Shown piece after piece: positions 1-9,657 of a DNA stretch of 60,942 bases. Positions within the stretch are counted from its first letter, which is position 1, and the number at the start of each line of letters is the position of its first letter. The DNA is taken from the NCBI GenBank assembly GCA_937880925.1, contig CALGGB010000138.1:1-60942 (forward strand). The letters run 5' to 3'. The notes beneath the pieces are model-generated. The model had not been told where the DNA came from and did not search any database. It was given only the letters and a program-made list of their open reading frames with translations. Origin of the DNA: an uncultured Rhodospirillaceae bacterium (GTDB taxonomy: Bacteria; Pseudomonadota; Alphaproteobacteria; SP197). Made by a program: the position numbers and the translations under genes.

Positions 1-3
1 AAG

Positions 4-78
4 TGGTGGGCGCGACAGGGATTGAACCTGTGACCCCTGCCGTGTGAAGGCAGTGCTCTCCCGCTGAGCTACGCGCCC
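4..78 (-). tRNA. tRNA-Val (anticodon CAC)
   Basis: The reverse complement reads GGGCGCGTAGCTCAGCGGGAGAGCACTGCCTTCACACGGCAGGGGTCACAGGTTCAATCCCTGTCGCGCCCACCA. It has a 7-bp acceptor stem and a D arm GCTC/GAGC. The anticodon stem is CTGCC/GGCAG with loop TTCACAC (anticodon CAC). The T arm is ACAGG/CCTGT with loop TTCAATC, and the CCA is encoded. Confidence 0.9.
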
Positions 79-184
79 CACTTTCGGGAAGGGGCGCATA
101 TAGGAACCGGGCCCCCTGGCTGTCAAGCGTGTGCGTGCGGGCCGGGCAGGCCGGACCCTGCCGGGGCCGGCCTGGAGCCCTGCC

Positions 185-817
185 TCAACTGGCGTCGGCG
201 GCTTCCTCAGGCTCAGGTGCGGCAAGCTGGAAGCGGTTGTCGATTTCGTCGCGGTGGTTCACAGCGACATAGTCCTCGCCCAGGCGATAAACCGCGCCGC
301 AGGAAAATTCCGCGTCGTAATTGAAGCAGATCTCGTCGCCCTCGACCTTCCATTCGCCACGCCAGGAATGGCGCGTGGGATCGTCGGGCGGCCCGCCTGC
401 GCCGGCGAGCTCGCCTGTGGGCTCGTAACTCTCGGTGAAGAGCTGCCAGGCGCCATCCTCGTAGTAACGCCCTTCAACGGTGTTGCCGCTGTAGAGATCG
501 GCCAGCTCGCTGCCCGTGAGCATGCGTGCCTCCCCGGGCAGGTCGTCGAGCTCCGGGTTGCCGGCGAGTTCAAGCCAGATTGTCGGGCCTACGATGACGC
601 AGAGCGCCCCGCCGATGACGACGGCGGGAACAGAGAGGCCAATGGTCATGTGCCACTGACCGTGAAAGGCGCAACGTATCGCAAAGAACGCGGACACGAG
701 CGCCGCTGCGCCGAAGGTGCACAGCACGATGATTCCAATCCACATGGGCGCAACCTTAAGATGGCCCAGCCGGGATTTCCTGCTCGTGACGTTGCCAAAA
801 TCGACTCTGAACGTCAT
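185..817 (-). CDS. Hypothetical membrane-anchored protein (two hydrophobic helices, soluble C-terminal domain)
   Basis: Minus ORF 185..1012. I start it at the internal ATG at 817 (MTFRVDF...) because the upstream 65 codons are Arg/Pro/Gly-rich filler. Hydrophobic stretches are WIGIIVLCTFGAAALVSAFFAI and IGLSVPAVVIGGALCVIVGPTIW. No family recognised. Confidence 0.45.
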   Translation of the reverse strand: MTFRVDFGNVTSRKSRLGHLKVAPMWIGIIVLCTFGAAALVSAFFAIRCAFHGQWHMTIGLSVPAVVIGGALCVIVGPTIWLELAGNPELDDLPGEARMLTGSELADLYSGNTVEGRYYEDGAWQLFTESYEPTGELAGAGGPPDDPTRHSWRGEWKVEGDEICFNYDAEFSCGAVYRLGEDYVAVNHRDEIDNRFQLAAPEPEEAADAS

Positions 818-891
818 CGATGCCGGATCGGCGCCGGTTTTCTGCCCCTTGTCGCGGAAGGGGCGGCCGGTGCGGAAATGTACCGCCGCGC

Positions 892-1584
892 TCAGCCCTC
901 CACCTGATAACCGAACTGGGCGCAGTAGGCGGGCAGGGGCTCGGGCTCCTGGTTGACCGCATCGTCGCGGGAGTTGCTGGGCCGTTCGCTGCGCGCCTGG
1001 CGCGAGGCGCATTCCTGCTCCTGGCGGATCAGCTCGTAGGAGATCGGGTAGTTGGGCACGGCCTGCTGGGTGGGCTCGCGGAAGGCGACCGACTGGGCGT
1101 AGGAGGAACCGTAGAGCTTGTTCATCGTATCGACGGCGAACAGCCTGGCGAGCTTCTGCTCCTCGTCATAGGGGTCGGCCAGCATCAGCATGATGATCGC
1201 CGCGACCAGCCCGCCCTGGCCGGCGAGCACGCCCTGGGCCTTGAAGCTGGTGTCCATGTTGCCGCTCGCCACGTCATAGACCTTCACCATGCCCACGACA
1301 TAGGTCGTGCCGGAAACCAGGATGGTGCGCAGGGGATCGTAGAGGCGGATGCCCGAGACGGTAACCTCCAGCCGTTTTTCGGTGCCCACCTCGGAGAAAC
1401 GATAGGCCTCGTTCTGGATGTTGACGCGCATCGCCTCGGGGAAGTTCGGGCTGCCGCCCTGCAGGCCGCTGGGCACGTTGACCACGACCTCGGTGATCTG
1501 GAAGTCGTCGGGCGGCATCAGCCGCTTGGTGCAGCCGCTGGCCAGAACGGCCAGAAGGAAGAATATTGCGATACGCATCGGCAT
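892..1584 (-). CDS. Putative lipoprotein of unknown function
   Basis: Minus ORF 892..1692, with the start moved to ATG 1584. The N-terminus MPMRIAIFFLLAVLASGC carries a lipobox (LASG|C). Confidence 0.55.
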   Translation of the reverse strand: MPMRIAIFFLLAVLASGCTKRLMPPDDFQITEVVVNVPSGLQGGSPNFPEAMRVNIQNEAYRFSEVGTEKRLEVTVSGIRLYDPLRTILVSGTTYVVGMVKVYDVASGNMDTSFKAQGVLAGQGGLVAAIIMLMLADPYDEEQKLARLFAVDTMNKLYGSSYAQSVAFREPTQQAVPNYPISYELIRQEQECASRQARSERPSNSRDDAVNQEPEPLPAYCAQFGYQVEG

Positions 1585-1701
1585 GGGCGCTCTCCATGCG
1601 GGTGGGATGGAAGCGCAACAGAACGGATGTGCCGAGGGCGCCAGCGCTATCATTCCGTGTATGCGCGAAGCTGACAACCCCGTAAGCTGCAATCGGCGCG
1701 C

Positions 1702-3999
1702 CTACTGCGCCAGCGGAATGTCGAAGGCTTCGACCGGCGGCAGGTTGCCGGTGAAACGGGCAACCTCCACCAGGCAGGAATTGCACGAAGGCCCCTGGGA
1801 AAGCGCCGAGCAGCCGGCATCGCGGGTCAGCACGTTCGGGTTGCCGTGGCGCTCCAGCGCGCCAGGATCGCCCGGCGTCTCGGCATCGAACCAGGAGCCG
1901 GTCGCCATGGCGACCACACCGGGCATGATGTCCTCGCTCACCACCGCGCCGCCGAGGCACACGCCCCGGTCGTTGGAGACGCGCACGATGTCGCCCTCGG
2001 CGATGCCGCGCGCGGCGGCATCGTCGGGGTGGATCAGCAGGGGCTCGCGCCCGCGCACCTTGGTCGCCGCGCTGGCTTCGCCGGGATCGAGCTGGCTGTG
2101 CAGGCGCCCGCGCGGCTGGTCCGACATCAGGTGCAGGGGATGGCGCGCCACCTTGTCCGCGCCCAGCCATTCGCTCGGCTCCAGCCAGGCCGGATGGCCG
2201 GGGCAGTCGTCGTAGCCGAACCCCGCCACCGTCTCGCTGTAGAGCTCCACCTTGCCCGAGGGGGTGTGCAGGCGCTGGCCCTCCGGGTCGGCGCGCTGGC
2301 GCGCCAGGCGCTCGCTGCTCTGGTTGACCGCGGGCACGTCGACCATGCCACCGCTCCAGAAATCCTCGAACGCCGGCAGGTCCACCCCGGCGCGCCGGGC
2401 GTTGTCGCGGGTAATGCCCCACATGAGGCGGATCCAGCCCATCTCGTCGCGCCCTTCGGTGAAGTCCTCACCGATGCCGAAACGCTCCGCCATGGCGGCG
2501 AAGATGGCGTGGTCGTCGCGCGCCTCGGCGAAGGGTTCGGCCAGCTTGTGCATGGGCGTGGCATAACCCCCATGCGCGCTGCCCGCCCAGTCGTTGCGCT
2601 CCAGGAAGGTGGTCGCCGGCAGCACGATGTCGGCCAGACGGCAGGTCGGCTGGAAGAAGCTGTCGTTGACGATCACCGTGTCGGGCCGGCGCAGGGCGCG
2701 GACCAGGCGGTGCAGGTCCTGGTGGTGGTGAAAGGGGTTGCCGCCGGTCCACCAGACCAGCCCGATCTCCGGGAAGGTCACCTCCGCGCCGTTGAACGGG
2801 ATCGTGGTGCCCGGATGCAGCAGCATGTCGGCGACGCGCGCCACGGGGATGATGCGTTTGGCTGACGACTGGCCCTGGGGGAAGGCCGCCCAGCGAAAAC
2901 CCGCGCGCCCGGCGCCGTAGTCGTTGAACGTGCCCATGCCATAGGCGACCCCCTGGCCCGGCTTGCCCAGCCCGCCGAGCAGGGCGGCCAGCGCCGCGGC
3001 CATCCAGAAGGTCATCTCGCCGTGGTCGGCTCGTTGCAGCGCCCAGGCGACGCCGATCAGCGTGCGGCTCTTCGCCATGCGGCGCGCCAGCGCGACGATC
3101 TCCTCGGGCTCCAGCCCCGTGATCCCGGCGGCCCACTCCGGCGACTTCACCACGCCGTCGGCCGAACCGTCGATATAGGCGATCAGCCGGTCGGCGCCGG
3201 TGCAGCAGCGGGTGAGATAGTCCTGATCGATCGTGCCGTCGCAGACCAGGACATGGGCGAGGCCCAGCATCAGGGCGACATCGGTATTGGGCCGCGGCCG
3301 CAGCCAGGAAACCCCCTCGGCCTTCTCCGGCCCGTGGCGGATGGGGCCGACGGCGACCACCTCCATGCCCGCTTCCAGGCAGGCATCGAGCCCGATCTGG
3401 TCGACATGGGGGCCGGTGGAGCCGGCATCGATCTGCGTGTTCTTGAAGGGCAGGCCGCCGAAGGCGACCAGCAGCTCGGTATGCTCGCGGATCACCGGCC
3501 AGGGATGGCCCGTGTTGATCATGTCGCCCGAGCCGAAAACATGCGGCACCACGACCTCGGCCGCCGCCGAGCTGTAGGTGTTGACCGCCCGCACGAAGCC
3601 GCCGTTGAGATTCAGGAACCGCTTCATCTGGCTCTGGGCATGATGAAACCGCCCCGCCGAGGCCCAGCCATAACTGCCGCCATAGATGCCGTCGGCCCCC
3701 AGCCGGTCCCGCGTCTCCTGCAGGGCGCGCGCAGCAAGATCCAGCGCGGTGTCCCAGGACACCGGCACGAACCTCTCCGTCCCCCGCGCCTCCCGGCTCG
3801 CCGGCCCGTCCGCCAGATACCCCTCGCGCACCAGCGGCGTCGCGATGCGCGCCTTGCGGCGGCCGAGGTCCTTGAGGTCGTCGGAGATAACGGCGGGTGA
3901 GGGATCGCCCCGCAACGGCCGAATGCTGACCTCACCGGCGTCGTCACGCTCGGCCTCGTAGATGCCCCAGTGGGCCGCGGTCATCAGGCGTTTGGTCAC
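1702..3999 (-). CDS. Cytoplasmic molybdopterin (bis-MGD) S-/N-oxide reductase, BisC/TorZ-like
   Basis: 765-aa ORF. The blocks LMTAAHWGIYE, GSYGWASAGRFHHAQS and NTYSSAAAEVVVPHVFG resemble the biotin sulfoxide/TMAO reductase family, with a Ser-ligand context YSSAAA. There is no Tat signal and no N-terminal Cys cluster. The start is GTG 3999; ATG 3984 is possible. Confidence 0.85.
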   Translation of the reverse strand: MTKRLMTAAHWGIYEAERDDAGEVSIRPLRGDPSPAVISDDLKDLGRRKARIATPLVREGYLADGPASREARGTERFVPVSWDTALDLAARALQETRDRLGADGIYGGSYGWASAGRFHHAQSQMKRFLNLNGGFVRAVNTYSSAAAEVVVPHVFGSGDMINTGHPWPVIREHTELLVAFGGLPFKNTQIDAGSTGPHVDQIGLDACLEAGMEVVAVGPIRHGPEKAEGVSWLRPRPNTDVALMLGLAHVLVCDGTIDQDYLTRCCTGADRLIAYIDGSADGVVKSPEWAAGITGLEPEEIVALARRMAKSRTLIGVAWALQRADHGEMTFWMAAALAALLGGLGKPGQGVAYGMGTFNDYGAGRAGFRWAAFPQGQSSAKRIIPVARVADMLLHPGTTIPFNGAEVTFPEIGLVWWTGGNPFHHHQDLHRLVRALRRPDTVIVNDSFFQPTCRLADIVLPATTFLERNDWAGSAHGGYATPMHKLAEPFAEARDDHAIFAAMAERFGIGEDFTEGRDEMGWIRLMWGITRDNARRAGVDLPAFEDFWSGGMVDVPAVNQSSERLARQRADPEGQRLHTPSGKVELYSETVAGFGYDDCPGHPAWLEPSEWLGADKVARHPLHLMSDQPRGRLHSQLDPGEASAATKVRGREPLLIHPDDAAARGIAEGDIVRVSNDRGVCLGGAVVSEDIMPGVVAMATGSWFDAETPGDPGALERHGNPNVLTRDAGCSALSQGPSCNSCLVEVARFTGNLPPVEAFDIPLAQ

Positions 4000-4181
4000 G
4001 ATGGTTCCAGCTTCTGCTTGGCCCGCGGATCATGCTGAGCGCGATGGCAGGGTGCAAGCCGCTTGCCTCAATCGGCCAGCTGCATTGCCGTGATGGCTTC
4101 CGGCGTGCCGGTCATGGAGTCCCCGTGCAGGTCCTCGTTACTATGGCGCGCGGCGCCATGGGCCAGCGTGCTCAGGACGGG

Positions 4182-4955
4182 TCACTGAACAATCGGTTCG
4201 AAAGGCTGGGATCGGTCCGGCTCGACGTTGATCAACCTGTACCCGAACAGAGTGACGACCTTGGCGTGTACGCGCGTGTTCAGGTGGTCCTTGATGTATT
4301 GGACCAGCGTCCGCGAAAACCCCTGGCGGTGCGAGCGATGGCAGAGCAGCAGCTTGTTGTAGCCGGCCAGCAGGGGCACGAACTGCGGCCTGTCGTGCAG
4401 GTAGAGCCGGGCGAGCGCTTCGGTCACACCGGGCCAGTCGGGCGCAAAGAAATCGTCGACCAGGATGATGCCCTCTGGCATCGCGAGTGCCATGGCCAGG
4501 CGGATGTCGCTCAGAGCGTACTCGACCTCGTGGCCGCCATCGACGCTAACAAACGTAAAACCCTCGGGCGCATCGGCGCGCAGGTCGGGAACGTCGGCTG
4601 CTCCCAGAGTCAGGCTGTCGGCGCGCACGAGGCGCAATGCATCTGCGCGATAGCCGCAGCGCGCCAGATTGTCCTGCAGCATCTGGATGCTGCCTTCCCC
4701 GGAACCGTCGATGTTGAACTGCTGCAGGTCGAAGGCATCGATCGCCAGGTTGCCGCTGGGGCTGCCCTTGGTCTTCATGAGACCGATCAGCAGCTTGCCG
4801 TGATGCACGCCGATCTCGGCCACGGGCCCAGAGACCCCAAGCGCCTCCTGGGCTTCATGCAGCGGCGCGAGCACCTGCCAAAGATAGGGATCGCACCAGC
4901 CATCGATCTCGGTGAACGGTCCGGAGAGGTAGTCTGCAACGTCCTGTATGCTCAT
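4182..4955 (-). CDS. Class I SAM-dependent methyltransferase (Methyltransf_24/cephalosporin-hydroxylase-like)
   Basis: 257-aa ORF. It has the motif I-like VAEIGVHHGKLLIGL and a later ILVDDFFAPDWPGVTEA block typical of this methyltransferase subfamily. The gene lies 34 nt downstream of the molybdoenzyme gene on the same strand. Confidence 0.6.
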   Translation of the reverse strand: MSIQDVADYLSGPFTEIDGWCDPYLWQVLAPLHEAQEALGVSGPVAEIGVHHGKLLIGLMKTKGSPSGNLAIDAFDLQQFNIDGSGEGSIQMLQDNLARCGYRADALRLVRADSLTLGAADVPDLRADAPEGFTFVSVDGGHEVEYALSDIRLAMALAMPEGIILVDDFFAPDWPGVTEALARLYLHDRPQFVPLLAGYNKLLLCHRSHRQGFSRTLVQYIKDHLNTRVHAKVVTLFGYRLINVEPDRSQPFEPIVQ

Positions 4956-4988
4956 GACTTTCCATCCCCGCCCCGGTGCGCCAGCGGC

Positions 4989-7034
4989 TCACGCCGCCGA
5001 AAGCGTCACCTCCACCCCATGCACGCTCGTGCTTTCGCCCATGTCCGTCTTCTGCGGCACATGCAGCACATTCACGTTCACCCCGCCTTCCTTGCCGGGC
5101 CAGCGGGACTTGTCGGTGAGCAGGGCGCCGGCGGGGATGATGTCGGAGACGACGGCCTTCAGGGTGAGGCTGCCGGCGGCGTTGGAGAGGGTGACGTCGG
5201 CGCCGTCCGTGATGTTGTGGCGGCGGGCGTCGTCGGGGTGGATGGCGACGGTGGCTTCGCCCATCAGTTCGATGATGCGCGGGTCGTTGCCGTAGAGGGA
5301 GTTCATCAGCCATTTGCCGGCCGGTGAAAGCAGGCGCAGGCGGCCCTGCGCGGGCGGAGCATCGGCCTCTGGCGTGGGCAAACGCGGGTGGCCGTCGGCG
5401 GCGGCGCGGTCGCTGGCGAGTTCGATCCTGCCCGAGGGCGTGGGGAAGCTGCCTTCACTCCACAGCACCAGCGGTTCGGGCGTGCCCCAGGTCCAGCCCT
5501 TTTCCTTCAGTTCCGCGAAGCTGAGGCCGGTGCCCGAGCGGGCCATGATCTTCTCCAGCATCTCGCCGTCCTGGGCATGGAGGTGCTTGTCCTCGAAACC
5601 CATGGCGGTGGCGAGGCGGCGGAAGATCTCCTGGTTGGGCAGGCTTTCGCCCATCGGCTCGGCGGCCTTGGCCTGGGCGCCGATGGTGAAGTGGAAGTAG
5701 CTTGTGGAGATGTCGTCGAACTCCAGGAAACTCGCGGCGGGCAGCACGATGTCGGCATAGGCCGCGGTGTCCGTGGGGAAGCAGTCGATGACGACGGTGA
5801 AGAGATCCTCGCGTTCGAGCCCTGAGCGCATCTTCGCCTGGGCCGGGTTGGAGGCGAGCGGATTGCAGTTCCAGACGACGTAGGAGCGGATGCGCGCGGG
5901 ATCGTTAAGCAGGTCCGGCACGTCCATCTGGCTGACGCTGGGCGGGGCGCTCGGCATGTCCTCGGGCGCGCCCTCCGCGGGCGGCTCCCATGCGGGGGCC
6001 GCGCCCTTGCGTGCGACGATGCCCATGCTGTCGTTGAGGTAGTAGAACCCCGCGCCGGGCTTGCCGATGTTGCCGCTGGCCGCGGGCAGCATGGCGCAGG
6101 CGCGGAAGATGTTGCCGCCGCTGGGCTGGCGCTGCAGGCCCTGGCCGAGCCAGAGCAGGCTGGGGCCGGCGCCGTAGAGGCGGGCGGCGGCCTCGATGTC
6201 CGCCTCCTTCAGGCCGGTCTGTCGGGCGGTCCATGCCGGGGTGGCGGCGTCGATGTCGGCCTGCAGCTCGTCCCAGCCCAGGACGTGGGCATCGATGTAG
6301 GCCTGATCGATCAGGCCCTCTCGTTTCATCACGTGGACCAGGCCGAAGGCCAGCGCGGCATCGCTGCCCGGGCGAAGCTGCAGGTGCAGGTCGGCGGCCT
6401 CTGCGGTTTCGTGGCGCACGGGATCGACAACGATCACCTTCGCCGGGCTTTCCTTCAGCCAGTGCTTGTGGGCGTGGGGGGCGGAGTGGCTGGGGTTGGC
6501 GCCCCAGACCAGGATGCAGGCGCTGTCCCGGGCGGTGCGCGGGTCGAAGCCGATGTGGCTGTCGCCGAAGACATAACCCCAGGCGACATGGCCGGCGTTG
6601 TTGCAGATCGTGTCGGGTTCGGCCTCGGTCGCGCCGAGTTTGGCGAAGAAACGGCCGGGAAAGCCGATGGCAAGCGAGGAGCAGGTGCCAGTGTAGTGGG
6701 TATGAACGATGCGGTCGAAGCCGCTCTCGCGGCCGATCGCCTTGAAGCGCTCCGCGATGGTCGAAAGCGCCTCGTCCCAGGAGATCGCCGTGAAGTGACC
6801 GCTGCCCTTGGGGCCGGTGCGCTTCATGGGGTGGAGCAGGCGGGCCTGCGGATCGAGCCAGACGCCGTTGTAGGCCACGGCGCACTTGCCGCAGAGCGCG
6901 CCGCGGGCGGTCGGGTGGTCGGGATCGCCCAGCACCTTGGAGATCCTGCCGCCGCGCTTGACCACCGCGATGCCGCAGCCGTCGTAGCAGTCGCGCGGAC
7001 AGGTGGTCTTGATGATCTCGCGTTCGCCCGCCAT
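4989..7034 (-). CDS. Molybdopterin oxidoreductase (Mo-bisPGD family) with N-terminal [4Fe-4S] motif
   Basis: ORF 4989..7289, with the start moved to ATG 7034 (MAGEREIIKTTCPRDCYDGCGI...CGKC). The Cys-x3-Cys-x3-Cys...Cys cluster then sits at the extreme N-terminus, as in this family. It has a MopB-type body and a C-terminal barrel (VAIHPDDARRHNITDGADVTLSN). No Tat motif. Confidence 0.85.
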   Translation of the reverse strand: MAGEREIIKTTCPRDCYDGCGIAVVKRGGRISKVLGDPDHPTARGALCGKCAVAYNGVWLDPQARLLHPMKRTGPKGSGHFTAISWDEALSTIAERFKAIGRESGFDRIVHTHYTGTCSSLAIGFPGRFFAKLGATEAEPDTICNNAGHVAWGYVFGDSHIGFDPRTARDSACILVWGANPSHSAPHAHKHWLKESPAKVIVVDPVRHETAEAADLHLQLRPGSDAALAFGLVHVMKREGLIDQAYIDAHVLGWDELQADIDAATPAWTARQTGLKEADIEAAARLYGAGPSLLWLGQGLQRQPSGGNIFRACAMLPAASGNIGKPGAGFYYLNDSMGIVARKGAAPAWEPPAEGAPEDMPSAPPSVSQMDVPDLLNDPARIRSYVVWNCNPLASNPAQAKMRSGLEREDLFTVVIDCFPTDTAAYADIVLPAASFLEFDDISTSYFHFTIGAQAKAAEPMGESLPNQEIFRRLATAMGFEDKHLHAQDGEMLEKIMARSGTGLSFAELKEKGWTWGTPEPLVLWSEGSFPTPSGRIELASDRAAADGHPRLPTPEADAPPAQGRLRLLSPAGKWLMNSLYGNDPRIIELMGEATVAIHPDDARRHNITDGADVTLSNAAGSLTLKAVVSDIIPAGALLTDKSRWPGKEGGVNVNVLHVPQKTDMGESTSVHGVEVTLSAA

Positions 7035-7287
7035 GGATGTCACTCCCCAACAACTCGCCTGAACTCTAGTGCGCAACAAGGCGGTGTGGCGAGCCTGGGG
7101 GCAAGAGCCAATTCCCGGACACGCGCCGGTCCGCTGGCATGGGACGATACCGGCATCTGGAATAGTTGCCCGTGCGAAGCCCTGGTGTGGGCATCTGTCG
7201 TTCGTTTTCCTGACAATTTCCGGTCCGAATGGATGGACCCGGGCCGCCGTTCCGGTCCAGATTGCCGCGCGAACCAGGGAGCAGAAC

Positions 7288-8925
7288 ATGGCGGGTGGAT
7301 ACGACTACGTGATCGTGGGCAGCGGCTCGGCAGGCTCGGTGCTAGCGACCCGTCTGAGCGAGGACCCCGAGGTCCGTGTCCTGGTGCTGGAGGCCGGCAC
7401 CGATAACAAGGACTTCCGCGTCTACATGCCCACGGCCAACGCCATGGCGCTGGGCAACCCGAAGTTCGACTGGAACTACTACACCGAACCCCAGCCCAAT
7501 CTGGCCAATCGCCGGATCTACTGGCCGCGTGGCAGGGGCCTGGGCGGCTCCAGCGCGATCAACGGCATGATCTACATTCGCGGCAGCGCGCGCGATTACG
7601 ACGGCTGGCGCCAGCTCGGCCTGGATGGCTGGGCCTACGGCGACGTGCTGCCCTATTTCAAGCGCGCCGAAAGCCGTCAGCAGGGCGGCAACAGCTATCG
7701 TGGCGATTCCGGGCCGCTGCTCACCGGCAAGGCGGGCAATCCGCTGCCCATCGACCATGCCTTCGTCGAGGCCTGCAGGCAGACCGGTCTGCCCGACAAC
7801 GAGGATTTCAACGGCAAGGGCCAGGTCGGCACCGGCCTCTTCGACTTCACCATCCGCGACGGCAAGCGCTCCTCCGTGGCGCGTTGCTACCTGGGCAAGG
7901 CCATGGGGCGCCCCAACCTGGAGGTGCGGACCGGCTGCTTCGTCACCCGTATCCTGTTCGAGAACGGCCGCGCCGTGGGGGCGGCCTATACACGCGAGGG
8001 GCGCAACGAGGAGGCCCGCGCCGAACGCGAGGTCGTCGTCTGCCAGGGCGCCATCGGTTCGCCCCAGCTCCTGATGCTCTCGGGCGTGGGCCCGGCCGAC
8101 CATCTGCGCGAACTGGGCATCGATGTCGTCGCCGATCTGCCGGGCGTCGGCCGGAACCTGCAGGATCACCTCAACGTCTCGGTGCAGTTTGCCTGCAGCG
8201 ATCCCAATGCCACCTTCGACAAGTGGGCGCGCCCTCATCGCGCGCTGCTGCTGGGGGCAAGTTACTTCCTGTCGGGCGGCAAGCTGGGGCCGGGCGGCAA
8301 CGCCTTCTGGTCGGCCGGCGCCTTCTCGCGGGGTGAGGCCGACGATCCCGAGTTTCCCAAGTTCCAGGTCTTCTTCACGCCCATGCGCGTGGTCGAGGAC
8401 CCCCAGACCCACAAGAAGTCGGCCATCTCGGGCTTCCAGCTCGACGTCAACCAGATGCATCCGGACTCGCGCGGCTGGATCAAACTGAGGAGCACCGATC
8501 CGCGCGAGCATCCGGTGATGGAGCCCAACTATCTCTCCACTGAGCGCGACCGAAAGGAGTTCATCGAGGCGGTGAAATGGGCGCGCGAAATCGTCTCCCA
8601 GCCCGCCATGGCGCCCTTCCGCGGCGAGGAAATCCAGCCCGGACCGCAGGCCCGGACCGATGCGGAAATCCTGGAGGGCGTCGCCAGGACGGCGATCTCG
8701 GGCTACCACCCGGTCGGCACCTGCAAGATGGGCATCGAGAGCGACGCCATGGCCGTGGTCGACAAGGAGGGCCGGGTGCGCGGCGTCGAAGGCCTGCGGG
8801 TGGTCGATGCCTCGCTCATGCCCGTTCTGGTCACCGGCAACACCAACGCCCCGACCGTGATGATGGCCGAAAAGATCAGCGACGCCATGCGTGGCCGCCC
8901 GCCCCTGGCGCGTATCGAGGTGTAA
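7288..8925 (+). CDS. GMC-family FAD oxidoreductase (choline dehydrogenase-like)
   Basis: ORF 7069..8925, with the start moved to ATG 7288, which is preceded by AGGGA. It has the FAD fingerprint DYVIVGSGSAGSVLATRLSE, GMC blocks GGSSAINGMIY and the C-terminal YHPVGTCKMG. Confidence 0.9.
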   Translation: MAGGYDYVIVGSGSAGSVLATRLSEDPEVRVLVLEAGTDNKDFRVYMPTANAMALGNPKFDWNYYTEPQPNLANRRIYWPRGRGLGGSSAINGMIYIRGSARDYDGWRQLGLDGWAYGDVLPYFKRAESRQQGGNSYRGDSGPLLTGKAGNPLPIDHAFVEACRQTGLPDNEDFNGKGQVGTGLFDFTIRDGKRSSVARCYLGKAMGRPNLEVRTGCFVTRILFENGRAVGAAYTREGRNEEARAEREVVVCQGAIGSPQLLMLSGVGPADHLRELGIDVVADLPGVGRNLQDHLNVSVQFACSDPNATFDKWARPHRALLLGASYFLSGGKLGPGGNAFWSAGAFSRGEADDPEFPKFQVFFTPMRVVEDPQTHKKSAISGFQLDVNQMHPDSRGWIKLRSTDPREHPVMEPNYLSTERDRKEFIEAVKWAREIVSQPAMAPFRGEEIQPGPQARTDAEILEGVARTAISGYHPVGTCKMGIESDAMAVVDKEGRVRGVEGLRVVDASLMPVLVTGNTNAPTVMMAEKISDAMRGRPPLARIEV

Positions 8926-8970
8926 GGCTGCTTCACGGCCCCTGGCGTGGGACCGTGAACCGGCTCGACA

Positions 8971-9657
8971 TCAGGCCAGCTGGCAGTCCAGCGGCGTCAG
9001 GCCTGCGATCTCGCAGTGGACGCGTTCACCCCTGGCGATGGGACCGACGCCCGCCGGGGTGCCGGTGAAGAGCAGGTCGCCCGGCTTCAGTGCCACCAGC
9101 CTGGAGAGATAGGAAATCGCCTCGGCGGTTTTCCAGATCATCTGGTTGATGTTGCCCGACTGGCGTGCCTCGCCGCCCACCGAAAGGGTGATCGCGGCGT
9201 CTTCGGGATGGCCGCAGGTGGCCGCCGGGGTCAATGCGCCCACGGGGCCTGAGGCATCGAAGCCCTTGGCCATGTCCCAGGGGCGTCCGGCCTTCTTGGC
9301 CACGTCCTGCAGGTCGCGGCGGGTCAGGTCGATGCCCACGGCATAGCCGTAGACCAGGTCGAGCGCGCCCTTGACCGAGATGTCGCGGCCCCCCTTGGCC
9401 AGCGCGACCACAAGCTCGACCTCATGATGCAGGTTCTCCGTGGCCGTGGGATAGGGCAGGCGGCCGCCGCCCGGCACGATGGCACTGGCCGGCTTCATGA
9501 AGAAAAACGGCTCCTCGCGGTCGGGATTGCCGCCCATCTCGATCGCGTGGTCGGCATAGTTGCGCCCGATGCAGAAGGCGCGGTTGACAGGGAAGAGTTC
9601 GTCGCTGCCCGAAATCGTCAGGCAGACCGGTTCGGAAGGCGAAATGACGAAGCGCAT
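8971..9657 (-). CDS. Fumarylacetoacetate hydrolase (FAH) family protein
   Basis: 228-aa ORF with FAH-domain blocks FCIGRNYADH, PFFFMKPASA, HHEVELVV, DLTRRDLQ and PGDLLFTGTPAGVG. Confidence 0.85.
   Translation of the reverse strand: MRFVISPSEPVCLTISGSDELFPVNRAFCIGRNYADHAIEMGGNPDREEPFFFMKPASAIVPGGGRLPYPTATENLHHEVELVVALAKGGRDISVKGALDLVYGYAVGIDLTRRDLQDVAKKAGRPWDMAKGFDASGPVGALTPAATCGHPEDAAITLSVGGEARQSGNINQMIWKTAEAISYLSRLVALKPGDLLFTGTPAGVGPIARGERVHCEIAGLTPLDCQLA

Noticed and set aside
79-1700. Genomic island integrated next to tRNA-Val.
   Set aside because: There is no integrase, no direct repeat of the tRNA 3' end and no compositional break that I could see. The adjacent genes are ordinary small membrane protein and lipoprotein genes.
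7035-7287. Moco riboswitch upstream of the molybdoenzyme gene.
   Set aside because: I found no conserved CCUCCGAG-type element or the expected multi-stem architecture on the minus strand, only the short direct and inverted repeats reported separately.
7035-7289. N-terminal extensions offered by the ORF track: 85 aa on the molybdoenzyme, 73 aa on the GMC oxidoreductase, 113 aa on the CDF transporter, 70 aa on PurS and 145 aa on DUF547.
   Set aside because: The extensions are low-complexity and overlap neighbouring genes or intergenic repeats. The internal starts restore canonical N-termini (Cys cluster, FAD fingerprint, signal peptides) and have better ribosome-binding sites.
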